Source: Candidatus Woesearchaeota archaeon
GTDB taxonomy: Archaea > Nanobdellota > Nanobdellia > Woesearchaeales > UBA10216
Reading direction: 5' to 3'
DNA: 60,408 nucleotides
Assembly: GCA_016180085.1 (NCBI GenBank)
Contig: JACPBX010000009.1
Location: 1 to 60,408, forward strand
Part shown: positions 52,390 to 60,408 of the stretch, in pieces
How the letters are laid out: each line of letters begins with the position of its first letter
Position numbering within the stretch: the first letter of the stretch is position 1
Notes under the pieces: model-generated
Databases searched by the model: none
Told to the model about the DNA's origin: nothing
What the model saw: the letters and a program-made list of their open reading frames with translations, nothing else
Translations under genes and position numbers: made by a program

Positions 52390-54006
52390 GTGAGGGAGTT
52401 TTTAAAACGAAAAATGCTTGTCAGCCCGGAGTTCCTTGGTTCGGTCAAGGAAATAAGTTCTGAAGAGTTCAGGAGGATCACAGAGAGTAATTCCGAAAGC
52501 GCCCAAAGCGTCCTTGTTATTGACAAAAAGGTCGATGAACTGCTTAAAAGAAATGAGCCGGGCATTAACTGGCTCGAGCTTGAGAAGTCTAAAGTTATGT
52601 CCGAGAAAAGGCGCAAGTTGGAAGCTTACGGCACGTTCCTTGACACCTTGCTTTCCCCTCCTGCGGGCCCGAGCCTTCCACACACAGCCACTACACACCC
52701 CCCTCCTTCCTTGGCCACTCCAGAGGTTTCAGGCACCCCCAGAGTTAAGGTTGTGTTTTCTTACTCTGCCAATCCAGTCAAGCGTGAAATGGGTGACTTC
52801 GTCAGTTATTATCTTGCCCGCTACAAGGCCGCCCAGGGCATTCTTATGCAGCATTCGGGGCTTTCTTCCCTTGTTCAAATCAGCAGGCTGAGGTCGTGGT
52901 CCGCCAGCAATTCCGGCTCTGAGCAGGTTTCAGTAATAGGAATGGTTGTCGATAGGCAGCAGACGAAGCAAGGGCACCTTGCGGTTTCTGTTGAAGACCC
53001 GACAGGCACCATTGATGTTATCATAAATAAAACGCGGAAGGAGCTTTTCGAGACAGCATCAAACCTTGTGTTTGATGAGGTTGTTGCCATTTCAGGCACC
53101 TTAAGAAGCGGCACGCTCTTTGCGGCAAACATTGTTTTGCCTGATGTTCCTGCGAGGGAGCCAAAGTATTCGCCAACCGAAGGCTACGCGGTTTTTATGT
53201 CAGACCTCCATTTTGGCTCTGCCCAGTTCCTTGAAGCGGATTTCAGGAAATTCCTTAAGTGGATAAATGGCGGCCTCGGCAACCCTTCGCAGAGGGAAAT
53301 CGCGGGCAAGGTGAAGTATGTTCTGATCGCTGGCGATGTTGTCGATGGCGTGGGGGTTTATCAGGACCAATATGACGAGCTTTCAGTAAAGGATGTTCGT
53401 GACCAGTACAAGATGTGTGCTGAGTTTTTGTCCGAAATCCCGCAAAACATTAAAATTATACTTTCCCCGGGCAATCACGATGCTGTGCGCGCCGCCGAGC
53501 CCCAGGACGCGTTTTCGGGCGACTTTGCCGCTCCCCTTTTGAAGCTCCCTAACGTGGTTTGCGTCTCAAATCCTGCTGTTGTGAACATAGATGCTTCTGA
53601 GGGCTTTCCCGGGTTTGACGTTTTGCTTTACCACGGCTACAGCTTTGATTACTACGTCGCGAACGTTGATTCAATCCGCCAGCAGGGGGGGTATGAGCGC
53701 GCAGATCTGATTATGAGGTTTCTTCTGCAGCGCAGGCATCTTGCGCCCGCCCACACCTCCACGTTAATACTGCCTGACCGGTCTTCCGACCCTCTATTCA
53801 TAAACATTGTTCCGGACATTTTTGCGACAGGCCACATTCACCGCACATCAGTCTCGGATTACAAGGGAATAACCTTGATTAACAGCTCCTGCTGGCAGGG
53901 CAAGACGAAGTTTCAGGAGCGGCTGGGCCACAGCCCGCAGCCTTCAAGGCTCCCGGTTTTTAACCTTAAGACCCGTGCAGCCAAAATAATAAATTTCGGA
54001 AAATAG
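52390..54006 (+). CDS. polB: DNA polymerase D small subunit DP1 (start uncertain: GTG 52390 or ATG 52414)
   Basis: OB fold (VIGMV...VEDPTG); SDLHFGS; AGDVVDG; PGNHDA; YHG; TGHIH; CWQGKT.FQ. Confidence 0.96.
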   Translation: MREFLKRKMLVSPEFLGSVKEISSEEFRRITESNSESAQSVLVIDKKVDELLKRNEPGINWLELEKSKVMSEKRRKLEAYGTFLDTLLSPPAGPSLPHTATTHPPPSLATPEVSGTPRVKVVFSYSANPVKREMGDFVSYYLARYKAAQGILMQHSGLSSLVQISRLRSWSASNSGSEQVSVIGMVVDRQQTKQGHLAVSVEDPTGTIDVIINKTRKELFETASNLVFDEVVAISGTLRSGTLFAANIVLPDVPAREPKYSPTEGYAVFMSDLHFGSAQFLEADFRKFLKWINGGLGNPSQREIAGKVKYVLIAGDVVDGVGVYQDQYDELSVKDVRDQYKMCAEFLSEIPQNIKIILSPGNHDAVRAAEPQDAFSGDFAAPLLKLPNVVCVSNPAVVNIDASEGFPGFDVLLYHGYSFDYYVANVDSIRQQGGYERADLIMRFLLQRRHLAPAHTSTLILPDRSSDPLFINIVPDIFATGHIHRTSVSDYKGITLINSSCWQGKTKFQERLGHSPQPSRLPVFNLKTRAAKIINFGK

Positions 54007-54058
54007 CCGGAATGGCGGCCAAACAGCAAGGCAACAATGGAAAAATCAGGAATCAGGA

Positions 54059-57000
54059 ATGAAGCCCAACATTAAAAATGAAGCGAGCCCCGAAATGGAA
54101 GCGTATTTCGGCGAGCTTGATGGAAAGTTGAAACTATGCTACGCCTCTGCTCAGCTGGCGAGGCTGAAAGGCCACGACCCTGAGCCTTTTGTGGACATTC
54201 CTCTCGCAAAAAATCTTGCGGAGAGGGTTGAGGGGCTGGTTTCGGCTGTAGCGCCCCAGCTTCTTGGCAGCGGGGTGGCGGCGAGGATACAGGAGCTTGA
54301 AGGCAAGTATGGCGCGCTCGCCTGGGAAGTCGCCCTTATTATTGCTGAAGAAGTTGCCAGTGAGAAGTTCTGCAAGTTTAAGGATTGGCGTGAGGCGCTG
54401 GAAATGGGGATCAGAACAGGCTTTGCCTACCACACAACAGGCGTTGTCTCAGCTCCACTGGAGGGTTTCATCGAACTGAAGATTAAGAAGAGGAAGGACG
54501 GCAAGGATTACTTGGCTGCTCTTTTTGCAGGCCCTATTCGCGGGGCTGGGGGGACGGCAGCGGCATTTTGCCTCGTAATCGCGGATTACTTGCGGAAGAA
54601 AGCAGGGTTTGATGTTTATGACCCCGATGAGCAGGAAGTCAAGCGCTTTGTTGCAGAGCTGGATGATTACCACGAGCGTGTTACAAATCTTCAGTATAAG
54701 CCCGGCGAGGAGGAAATCTCTTTTCTGGTTAGGAATTGCCCTATTGAGGTTGACGGTGACCCTACAGAGCGGTTTGAAGTGAGCAACTACAAGGACCTGC
54801 CAAGGGTTGGCACAAACAGGATTCGTGGCGGGATGTGCCTTGTTGTTTCAATGCTTGCCTTCAAGGCTCCAAAGTTGTGGAAGGAAATGAAAAGGCTCCA
54901 GGAGCAGTTTTCAATTGACTGGTCCTTCCTTGAGAAATTCATGGCAATCCAGAAAAAGAAAAAAAGCATGGGCAGAGGGAAAAGCACAGAGTCAAAAAAG
55001 CTGGAGCCGGATTTCACGTTTATCTCAGACCTTGTTGCCGGAAGGCCTGTTATCACACACCCTCTCAGGCATGGAGGGCTTCGTCTCAGGTATGGGAAAA
55101 CAAGGGCCAGCGGCTATTCAGCTGCGGCTCTAAGCCCTGCAACTATGGTTGTGCTTGACAGGTTTATTGCAACGGGAACCCAGCTTAAACTTGAAAGGCC
55201 AGGCAAGGCAGCGTCAATCACACCATGCGATTCTATTGATGGGCCGGTTGTCAGGCTTTTGGATGGCTCTGTTTTAAGGATGGGGGATGATGTTGTTGCC
55301 AGGCAGCATGCAGCTTCTGTCGCAGAAGTGCTGTATCTTGGGGACATCTTGGTATCATACGGAGATTTTTATGACAGGGTTCATGTGCTTGTGCCTCCCG
55401 GCTATTGTGAAGAGTGGTTTGCTGAAGAGGTAAAGAAGAAAGCTTCAGAAAAATTTGGCGAATTCTCATTTGCCATTCTGTCAAAAGCTCTTTCTGTGCC
55501 GGAAGGGGAGTTGCGTGCAGTTCTCTCTAATCCATTTCAAAGGCCTTCTGCAGAACTTGCACTTGCACTTTGCGAGTCACTTGCGGTGCCGGTTCACCCC
55601 TTTTTTACATACTTTTGGTCAGCAGTAAGCCCTGAGCAACTGGTTTCCCTTATTTCCCTGTTGCTGAATGCCAGGCTGGTTGTTGATGGCAAGAAGGCAA
55701 AGCTGGTTGTTCCTGTAGGCCTATCACAGCAGCATAAAGATGGAAAAAGGGCCCTGGAGCTGATAGGGCTTCCGCACTTGTTTGTTAATGGTGAATTTGT
55801 TGTTATTGAGCACCAGGAAGCTCTCTCTTTTTTGGTGTCGCTCGGCATCAATATCAGAGCAGTTCTTTCCTCTGAAGAAACGAGCAAGTCGTTTTCAGAA
55901 CTTATAAAGGAAAAACTCGAAGTGGTTGAAGCAGCATTAGTTCAGTTGCCAAGCAACCCGTCACAGCCTCCTGGTCAGCAATTGCAGAATGGCTTAGAGC
56001 TTGTTAGGCTTATCTCGCTCTTTCCGATAAGGGACAAGGCAGGCACATTTATCGGTGCGAGGATGGGCAGGCCTGAAAAGGCGAAGATGCGCCGCCTGAC
56101 GGGCAGCCCGCAGGTGCTTTTTCCCGTAGGTGATGAAGGCGGCAGGCTTCGTTCTTTCCAGGAAGCAATTTCACACGGAAAAGTGGTGTCTGATTTTCCA
56201 ATCCATTACTGCCCAGAATGCAAAATCCAGAACATTTACCCTGTTTGCGGGACGTGCGGAGGCCGGGCGGTAAAGATGCTTTTCTGCGGCAAATGCGGTG
56301 TTGTCGAAAAATGCGTTCATGGCGCCGAAGCAAAGCCCTTTTCAACAAGGGCTTTGGAAATAGGCAGTGTTTTTGATTCTGCAATGAAAGCCCTTGGTGA
56401 AAAAACAGCCCCCGACCTGATTAAAGGTGTTCGCGGGACTTCCAACAGGGGGCACATCCCAGAAAACCTTGCGAAAGGCGTGCTTCGGGCAAAGCACGAG
56501 CTGTGCGTGAACAAAGACGGCACAGTTCGGTATGACATGAGTGAGCTTCCCCTGACACATTTCACCCCATCAGAAATCAGGACGCCTGTTAAAAAGCTTG
56601 TTGAGCTCGGCTACACGAAAGACGTGAATGGCGCCCCTCTCGTTGATGAGCATCAGCTGCTGGAGCTGAAGCCCCAGGACCTTGTCTTGCCTACAAACGT
56701 AGAGTCAAATGCCGAAAGCTCTTATGCTGTGCTGTTCCGGGTGGCAAAGTTTGTCGACGATTTGCTTGCTCGCTTTTACAAGCAGGAGCCGTTTTACTGC
56801 CTCAACTCAAAAGAGGACCTGGTTGGGCATCTTGTCCTCTGCATAGCACCGCACATCTCTGCAGCAATAGTGGGCAGGATTATCGGGTTTTCAAGCACGC
56901 AGGGCTTTTTTGCCCACCCGCTTTTTCACGCGGCAATGAGGAGGGACGCTGATGGCGATGAGGCGAGCGTAAGCCTTGTGCTTGATGCGCTTCTTAATTT

Positions 57001-57700
57001 TTCCAGGCAGTTCCTGCCAGACTCGAGAGGGGCCAAAACAATGGACAGCCCGCTTGTTCTCACCTCTAGGCTTATCCCGGCAGAGGTTGACGATATGGCG
57101 CACAGGTTTGATGTTGCTTGGTCTTACCCTCTTGAATTTTATGAAGCTGCTTTGCAGTGGAAGCAGCCTCAGGATGTAAAGGTTGAATTGCTTGGCTCCC
57201 GCATTGGCACCCCGGGGCAGTATGAGGGGATGGGCTTTACCCATAAGCTTTCAAGCATTAATGCCGGTGTCACTTGTTCCGCCTATAAAACCCTTCCTTC
57301 AATGGAAGAGAAGCTAAAGGGGCAGATGGTTCTTGCCGAAAGGATAAGGGCTGTTGACGCCCAGGACGTTGCGAGGCTTGTCATCGAGAAGCACCTCTTG
57401 AAGGATGTGAGGGGCAACCTCAGGAAGTTCTCAACCCAACAGTTTCGCTGCCTTAAGTGCAACACTAAGTTCCGCAGGCCTCCCCTTATTGGCAGCTGCA
57501 ACGAGTGCGGCGGCAAGATTCTGTTTACAATATCTGAAGGCTCCATTATCAAGTATCTCGAGCCTGCCATAAGCCTTGCTGAGAAATACGCTGTTTCGCC
57601 CTATCTGCTTCAGGTACTTGACCTCACCAAGAAAAGGGTTGAGGCCGTATTCGGCAGGGAAAAGGAAAAGCAGGAAGGCCTTGGCAAGTGGTTTGGTTAA
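54059..57700 (+). CDS. polC: DNA polymerase D large subunit DP2, no intein seen
   Basis: GPIRGAGGTA; RLRYGKTR; GTQLKLERPGKA; GARMGRPEKAK; NKDGTVRYD; RRDADGDE; GNLRKFSTQQFRC; C-terminal QEGLGKWF. Confidence 0.98.
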   Translation: MKPNIKNEASPEMEAYFGELDGKLKLCYASAQLARLKGHDPEPFVDIPLAKNLAERVEGLVSAVAPQLLGSGVAARIQELEGKYGALAWEVALIIAEEVASEKFCKFKDWREALEMGIRTGFAYHTTGVVSAPLEGFIELKIKKRKDGKDYLAALFAGPIRGAGGTAAAFCLVIADYLRKKAGFDVYDPDEQEVKRFVAELDDYHERVTNLQYKPGEEEISFLVRNCPIEVDGDPTERFEVSNYKDLPRVGTNRIRGGMCLVVSMLAFKAPKLWKEMKRLQEQFSIDWSFLEKFMAIQKKKKSMGRGKSTESKKLEPDFTFISDLVAGRPVITHPLRHGGLRLRYGKTRASGYSAAALSPATMVVLDRFIATGTQLKLERPGKAASITPCDSIDGPVVRLLDGSVLRMGDDVVARQHAASVAEVLYLGDILVSYGDFYDRVHVLVPPGYCEEWFAEEVKKKASEKFGEFSFAILSKALSVPEGELRAVLSNPFQRPSAELALALCESLAVPVHPFFTYFWSAVSPEQLVSLISLLLNARLVVDGKKAKLVVPVGLSQQHKDGKRALELIGLPHLFVNGEFVVIEHQEALSFLVSLGINIRAVLSSEETSKSFSELIKEKLEVVEAALVQLPSNPSQPPGQQLQNGLELVRLISLFPIRDKAGTFIGARMGRPEKAKMRRLTGSPQVLFPVGDEGGRLRSFQEAISHGKVVSDFPIHYCPECKIQNIYPVCGTCGGRAVKMLFCGKCGVVEKCVHGAEAKPFSTRALEIGSVFDSAMKALGEKTAPDLIKGVRGTSNRGHIPENLAKGVLRAKHELCVNKDGTVRYDMSELPLTHFTPSEIRTPVKKLVELGYTKDVNGAPLVDEHQLLELKPQDLVLPTNVESNAESSYAVLFRVAKFVDDLLARFYKQEPFYCLNSKEDLVGHLVLCIAPHISAAIVGRIIGFSSTQGFFAHPLFHAAMRRDADGDEASVSLVLDALLNFSRQFLPDSRGAKTMDSPLVLTSRLIPAEVDDMAHRFDVAWSYPLEFYEAALQWKQPQDVKVELLGSRIGTPGQYEGMGFTHKLSSINAGVTCSAYKTLPSMEEKLKGQMVLAERIRAVDAQDVARLVIEKHLLKDVRGNLRKFSTQQFRCLKCNTKFRRPPLIGSCNECGGKILFTISEGSIIKYLEPAISLAEKYAVSPYLLQVLDLTKKRVEAVFGREKEKQEGLGKWFG

Positions 57701-57753
57701 TTGAAATAGTTTATAGACAACTTTGATTATCTATCCTCACTTGTCAAAGTTCT

Positions 57754-58494
57754 CTATACTCTGGGCAGAGGAGTTGGCACTCGTTCAGCCACTCTTTGCG
57801 TTGGTCTCCGACCCTCACTTCTGGTGCCTAAGCCCCCGCGGTTTGTCATGTAGAATTGGATTGCTGCGCGTGTGTCAAGTAATGTTCCCCCTGATATCTC
57901 GTCAAGCCAATTTATCGGAGACCCTGCAGGCATAGCATCTTGTTTTTGAGGCATGTGTTGTAGCTCCCCTAAAGCGTAGCCTGCCGTATCCATGTCCAAC
58001 GGTTTTTTGAATCTAAATACCCCATCCCATACGTCACCAAGACAACTCAAATCAATCCCCTCATTCTTTGCGTACCACAAAACAGCCGGGCCTCCAACCG
58101 GTTCTGCTGTAACACGATTTCCTGACTTGGTATCGAATGTGGCCGGCCGGGGTGAAGGAACATAAAACTGGACTGCAATTAATCCCTTATCGTAAACCCA
58201 GTCGCTTGGCTTGTAAAAAACCGTGCCTGTGGCGCCGGTCTTAGCAGCCATTTCGGTTATGGCTCTGTTTTTTGCTGCAAGTTCACCAGCAAGTTTTTTT
58301 TGGAAATCCCGGCGGTCAGCAACAGAAGCAGCGTTAAAAGCTACCTGCAGCAACTTTGGGTCTCCGATCGGGGCCCAGTACTCTGAACTCCCGTCAAGCC
58401 TAGTCAGAAAACCATCCTGCCCAACGATAAGCATTTCAAGCGACAGGGGGCCTCCTGTGGCGGCACTACTTCTAATGACTGTAAGTTCTTGCAT
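57754..58494 (-). CDS. Hypothetical protein (orphan)
   Basis: 246-aa ORF between polC and DUF424; TTTAAATA upstream on minus; no motif recognised. Confidence 0.6.
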   Translation of the reverse strand: MQELTVIRSSAATGGPLSLEMLIVGQDGFLTRLDGSSEYWAPIGDPKLLQVAFNAASVADRRDFQKKLAGELAAKNRAITEMAAKTGATGTVFYKPSDWVYDKGLIAVQFYVPSPRPATFDTKSGNRVTAEPVGGPAVLWYAKNEGIDLSCLGDVWDGVFRFKKPLDMDTAGYALGELQHMPQKQDAMPAGSPINWLDEISGGTLLDTRAAIQFYMTNRGGLGTRSEGRRPTQRVAERVPTPLPRV

Positions 58495-58559
58495 ACAGGC
58501 CCTCTCATTCGAATCTGTATTTAAATCTTTCTATTTTCACCACTTGTCAGAAATAACAA

Positions 58560-58865
58560 TTATGTGATAAGAATCTGCAAGTGCGGCACATCGGCAACCG
58601 TTTTCACATCGCTTTTTACAGCAAGCCCAAGAGCTACTGCAATGGCAACAGCATTTTTTCCAACAGCATGAATTGTGTATGCCTTCAGCATCAGCTCCCG
58701 TACATCAGCCTCGTCTTTCTCGTTCCCTCTGTAGAATTTTGAACTCGAATCGACCACGGCATCCTTGTCCTCAAGCCTTTTGCCGTGCACGCTGCTGTCG
58801 CAGACTGTGAGAATGAGCCTTCCTTCAGAACTGTGCTGTGCTACAACAAAGGAGTCCTGTGGCAT
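58560..58865 (-). CDS. DUF424 family protein
   Basis: ILTVCDS...GKRLE; FYRG; IHAVGKNAV; VPHLQI; usual neighbour of aIF2beta. Confidence 0.85.
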   Translation of the reverse strand: MPQDSFVVAQHSSEGRLILTVCDSSVHGKRLEDKDAVVDSSSKFYRGNEKDEADVRELMLKAYTIHAVGKNAVAIAVALGLAVKSDVKTVADVPHLQILIT

Positions 58866-58872
58866 TATAGCC

Positions 58873-59286
58873 TCAAATCCTTACCTTTACTGCGTGCCTT
58901 GCCCCGCAGGCTGAACATTTAATGAACGTCACGTTGTCCTCTTTCTCAAGCTTTGTATCTGGCCTTTTGCACTCGGGGCACGTTACAAAGTCCTTCAGGT
59001 ATTGCTGTACCTTTTCGTTTATCCTTGATGCCGGGACCTTTGTGCCAAGAATCAGTGCTGTCTTTGACGTCTCCCCCGATGTTGCCAGTTCCTTTAGAAG
59101 ATATTTAAGGAAATGCTCCAGCGGCCTGCCCATAATTCCGGCTATGCTGTGGAAGTTGCTGACCACAGTCCTGTTGCCCTGTATATGACCCAAAACCTTC
59201 GGAACCTCAAGCCTTTCAGTAGCTAGATTTTTCTGCGGCAAAAGCTCCTGCGCCCTTTTCAGCAAAGACTCGTAGTCGGTTGGCAT
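58873..59286 (-). CDS. eif2b: Translation initiation factor aIF2 beta
   Basis: YESLLKRA; GNRTVVSNF; LLKELATSG; CPECKRPDT; KCSACGA. Confidence 0.96.
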   Translation of the reverse strand: MPTDYESLLKRAQELLPQKNLATERLEVPKVLGHIQGNRTVVSNFHSIAGIMGRPLEHFLKYLLKELATSGETSKTALILGTKVPASRINEKVQQYLKDFVTCPECKRPDTKLEKEDNVTFIKCSACGARHAVKVRI

Positions 59287-59346
59287 ATGGCCATAGAGAA
59301 CCCGCAGCCTCTTTTAAAGCTTATCCTGCTTTTCCCGCGCTAAGGC

Positions 59347-60072
59347 CTATTCCAGTACCTTCAGCCTGCCTGGCAGCACCTCAAAAAGGTCGCCTGCCTT
59401 GGTCATCTCACTTATCAGAAGCTCTGCGTTGCCTCCGCTGAACTTTTCGGTGAACTTGATGGCAACAGCGCTTATGTCAGCTCCCCTCCCAGTGTCGAGC
59501 TCTTTTATTATGCGGTAAATCTCAATCTTTCCTTTGCTCACATAATCTATCCCATCCAAATCCCGGTCTTGCATGCCCTCTCGGTTTTTCCCGGCCGCCT
59601 TCACAACTGTTTTTTCATTACCTGCATAACTTTGCGCCTTCGCCTGCATCAGCAGTTCAAGCTTTCTTACCTCAGCCCACTTTACGTTATTCGCGGGCTT
59701 CAGCACTTCGGGAGCGATGTAAGTTTCCCCGCCGTAATGCCGTGGTCTGCCTATGATTGCCGTGAAATCGCCCACGGCCAGCTTTTTCAGCATGGCTTCA
59801 TTGTCAAAGAATCTAAGTCTTATCTGCCCGGTCCCGTCATCAACAACCGCATCTTCCCAGCCTTCGCCCTCCTGAGACTCGTTCTTTGCAACCACGGTTG
59901 CAAGAATATTAACCCTTTTAATCTGCCTGTTGCCTGTGTTGAGCACTGTCGTGCCGTCTTCTGCCAACTCAAAAGCCCCTTGCAGAATTTCATTAATGCT
60001 GGCTTTTTGTGCAGCATCCCTTTTGAACTGTTTCTCCTGCAACATTTTACATTGTGCAACTTCCAGGCTCAC
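59347..60072 (-). CDS. RPA2/RPA32-like OB-fold + C-terminal wHTH ssDNA-binding protein
   Basis: RVNILATVV; VDDGTGQIRLRFF; IIGRPR.Y; C-terminal GDLFEV.PG. Confidence 0.82.
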   Translation of the reverse strand: MSLEVAQCKMLQEKQFKRDAAQKASINEILQGAFELAEDGTTVLNTGNRQIKRVNILATVVAKNESQEGEGWEDAVVDDGTGQIRLRFFDNEAMLKKLAVGDFTAIIGRPRHYGGETYIAPEVLKPANNVKWAEVRKLELLMQAKAQSYAGNEKTVVKAAGKNREGMQDRDLDGIDYVSKGKIEIYRIIKELDTGRGADISAVAIKFTEKFSGGNAELLISEMTKAGDLFEVLPGRLKVLE

Positions 60073-60408
60073 ATTCTGGAGAGGAAGCCGTATCTTGGCT
60101 CGTAAACATCTCCGGAGCGCTTGAGCTTCTCTATTATCTCATCAACCTCAGACTTGCTTAGCCCTTTCTCGGTAGCCAGCCTTGCGACGTCCTCTACCGG
60201 TATTGTCTTGCCAAGCTCCTGCTCGAGCTCCTCAAGTATTTGCTTGATTACAAATATTTTTTCCCTTTGCGATGCCGGTATGCCGGTCGCGATGCGGTCT
60301 ATGTCGATTTGCCCGGTTTCCTTCTCCCTTCCTATCTGCATTAGGCAGAAGACCAGCAATTCAATGGCCCTCCTCGCATCCTCCCTTGTCACCTTTTCCG
60401 AGAGCCTT
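60069..60408 (-). CDS. mcm: MCM helicase, C-terminal end only (gene continues beyond window)
   Basis: Frame open to the window edge (RLSEKVTREDARRAIEL); GQIDIDRIATG; C-terminal wHTH LKRSGDVYEPR.G. Confidence 0.93.
   Translation of the reverse strand, partial: RLSEKVTREDARRAIELLVFCLMQIGREKETGQIDIDRIATGIPASQREKIFVIKQILEELEQELGKTIPVEDVARLATEKGLSKSEVDEIIEKLKRSGDVYEPRYGFLSRM

Noticed and set aside
51089-57700. Inteins in cdc6, DP1, DP2 (and the visible rfcS/mcm parts)
   Set aside because: Protein lengths are ordinary and no Hint or LAGLIDADG blocks were seen at the usual insertion sites
1-60408. tRNA, rRNA, IS/transposase or integrase genes; alternative genetic code
   Set aside because: No cloverleaf/T-loop or rRNA signatures in intergenic gaps; no transposase motifs; conserved genes terminate at expected positions with TAA/TAG/TGA

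Overview
Archaeal core-genome window, most likely from a DPANN organism (Woesearchaeota-like). That assignment is inferred from the gene content, the N-terminally extended uS14 and the characteristic Cys-rich surface proteins. Standard genetic code fits all recognisable genes. Layout: (1) 1-13.5 kb, S10/spc ribosomal protein superoperon (uL4 to uL15) with secY and a DUF106/EMC3 insertase; rnp1 and adk are not in their usual slots. (2) 13.5-22 kb, pheT/pheS, an orphan, a TrmBL2-like regulator with a tandem palindromic operator, ADP-forming acetyl-CoA synthetase and pelota. (3) 22-33 kb, an uncharacterised cell-surface cluster (pilin-like-signal protein, ~7-TM protein, two lipoprotein-like paralogues, CARDB/Cys-rich protein), interrupted by a toxin-antitoxin pair and followed by a 928-aa coiled-coil protein. 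(4) 33-50 kb, an rfcS broken by an internal deletion plus frameshift, a PRC-barrel (CdpB-like) gene, solo Cas4, a triple-hairpin intergenic element, tyrS, tldD/E, PAN with an apparent ATA start, a HAD phosphatase, trm5, fen, endA, a GGR-like flavoprotein, rnz, hjc and tfe. (5) 50-60.4 kb, a second TrmBL2-like gene head-to-head with a candidate oriC, then cdc6-DP1-DP2, DUF424, aIF2beta, an RPA2-like gene and the 3' end of mcm. No rRNA, tRNA, CRISPR array, IS element or intein was seen. Best leads: the surface-protein system (22-30 kb), the rfcS lesion, a 50-bp perfect identity tract shared by the two TrmB paralogues, the trmB operator and the 35.1-kb hairpin element. All family assignments are by motif recognition; no database searches were run.
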